Virus record (IMG/VR): IMGVR_UViG_3300042334_001734
Coordinates: 1-25,960 of that record
Source of the DNA: a virus
Lineage: Duplodnaviria; Caudoviricetes
Strand: one strand, 5' to 3'
DNA: 25,960 bases
Of the stretch, positions 24,885 through 25,960 are shown one piece after another (position 1 is the stretch's first letter; every line of letters starts with the position of its first letter). The position numbers and the translations under genes are program-made. Below the pieces are notes generated by a model that was given only the letters and a program-made list of their open reading frames with translations, searched no databases and had not been told where the DNA came from.

Positions 24885-25718
24885 TCAGGAGGCGGATTCG
24901 AAAAAACTGGACATATCCAGAGTAATCAACTGCTCATACTTGTGATGGCAGTCAGGGCAGTTAAGTTTAAGTGGTTGCATTTCGCTTTTGGCTTTGAGCT
25001 CAATAATTTTATCGCGTATGCGATTAAACAAGTTGCGGTCACAGTTTTTCAAAAATTCAGTGATGTATTCGGGCTCACTGACCAAGGCAGTGGGAGTTTT
25101 AATAGCGCCAATGCTCTGGGCTAGTGAATGCACAGTAAGTTCTGTTACTTTTTTTAACGCAGCGCCCAATGCTGTCATTTTGTCAGATTCAGGAAGATCA
25201 GCTTCGCCTAGAGTTTGCAAAAGTTTTTGTTGCTCAAATTGTACCTGATTGTTGTCATTGAGATTTTTATAAGTCATGGGCCGTAAAAAGATTTCCATAT
25301 CCCCGGCCGGTATGCATTGACTGTAATCGGGTTTTTGAATTTGATCCAACACATGTCGTAGATCGCATGTAAGTTCTGTAGTGTTCTGACAGGCCGGGCA
25401 AGTAGATGCCAGTTCCATTTCATGCCCGTAGCTGGCGATTCTAATGCCGATTAACACAGTATCTAAATCGGTGGACGGAATTTCCCATGCATTTTTTATA
25501 TTAGGCACACAACTTTGTATAACATTAATGGTTGCACTGCCGTTATATAATGCATCAGGAGTTCGATAGGTTATTTCATCAATAGCAGTCATGGGCAATA
25601 CCGGTAACTCTTGGTTAGCAGGCATGTCTAAGGCACCCGCAGGATAGTGTTGTCCTTGGCTGGGAAGTTTGATATAGATGCCGGGTTGTCTAAAATACTG
25701 ACTTAAAGGATTGGTCAT
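24885..25718 (-). CDS. gp26: gp26-like baseplate hub assembly / tail assembly chaperone
   Basis: The true start is probably MTNPLSQYFRQP at 25718 (277 aa). IKLPSQG, PMTAIDE, DLDTVLIGIRIASYG, two CxxC motifs (CPAC, CPDC) and terminal SSFF. Confidence 0.8.
   Translation of the reverse strand: MTNPLSQYFRQPGIYIKLPSQGQHYPAGALDMPANQELPVLPMTAIDEITYRTPDALYNGSATINVIQSCVPNIKNAWEIPSTDLDTVLIGIRIASYGHEMELASTCPACQNTTELTCDLRHVLDQIQKPDYSQCIPAGDMEIFLRPMTYKNLNDNNQVQFEQQKLLQTLGEADLPESDKMTALGAALKKVTELTVHSLAQSIGAIKTPTALVSEPEYITEFLKNCDRNLFNRIRDKIIELKAKSEMQPLKLNCPDCHHKYEQLITLDMSSFFESAS
24900..24906 (-). other. Putative programmed -1 ribosomal frameshift heptamer T TTT TTC
   Basis: agT TTT TTC gaa in the correct codon phase. 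The -1 frame reads FFRIRLLISSSDQITE directly into MIEQMEK with no stop. Confidence 0.65.
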
Positions 25719-25727
25719 TTTTTCACC

Positions 25728-25751
25728 ATAAATAGATAGTACACTACTTAT
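25728..25751. promoter_or_regulatory. Pair of putative late promoters for the two divergent genes
   Basis: ATAAATA on + (25728-25734) upstream of the tape-measure ATG, and ATAAGTA on - (25751-25745) upstream of the gp26-like ATG. Confidence 0.5.
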
Positions 25752-25764
25752 CGGCGCATAAAAC

Positions 25765-25960
25765 ATGGCTTTAGAAAACGAAGAAGAACTACAACGAGCA
25801 ATGGCAGAGCTAACCAGGTCTATGCAAGGACTTGGTACTGACACCGCTGTTGCCGACAATGAATTAACCAAATTTTCCAAATCAGTATCATCTGTAGGAT
25901 CCGCCATGGCCGGAGCTGCTGGCCAAGTAATGAAGGGCGGAAGCGCATTTTCGTCACTCA
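25765..25960 (+). CDS. Probable tape measure protein, N-terminus (runs off right edge)
   Basis: MALENEEELQRAMAELTRSMQGLGTDTAVADNELTKFSKSVSSVGSAMAGAAGQVMKGGSAFSSL is helical and Ala/Gly/Ser-rich, and is divergent from the chaperone-like gene. Only 65 codons are visible. Confidence 0.55.
   Translation, partial: MALENEEELQRAMAELTRSMQGLGTDTAVADNELTKFSKSVSSVGSAMAGAAGQVMKGGSAFSSL

Noticed and set aside
25719-25907. N-terminal extension of the 340-aa ORF in the track
   Set aside because: It is the antisense shadow of the tape-measure start; the gp26-like sequence begins at MTNPL (25718).
1-25960. Stop-codon reassignment
   Set aside because: Core genes are full length in the standard code and TAA, TAG and TGA all end genes at sensible positions.

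Overview
This window is part of a large T4-like (myovirus) phage genome; the host cannot be determined from the sequence. Bases 1-13937 are a minus-strand virion operon: a large tail/baseplate protein running off the left edge, gp6-like and gp25-like wedge subunits, a repeat-rich protein, a gp5/VgrG-like spike, three hub-type ORFs, a gp53/LysM-like protein and a tube-initiator-like protein. Bases 14054-22631 are a plus-strand operon with a gp55-like late sigma factor and gp47/gp46 (Mre11/Rad50-like) genes, interleaved with AT-rich accessory ORFs (SGNH-like, sulfotransferase-loop-like, methyltransferase-like) and a stand-alone GIY-YIG nuclease. About 500 bp of non-coding DNA follows. It holds a ~340-nt highly structured RNA candidate, GNA-triloop hairpins including a terminator, and 10-bp-phased direct repeats. 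The right end carries an ATE/Bpt-like aminoacyl-tRNA-protein transferase with two small flanking genes, a gp26-like gene joined to a gp51-like ORF by an apparent -1 frameshift site, and the start of a probable tape measure gene. The strongest novelty candidates are the structured ncRNA/origin-like element with the nearby GIY-YIG gene, the frameshift, and the phage-encoded aminoacyl transferase. All family calls come from motif recognition by eye; no database search was run.
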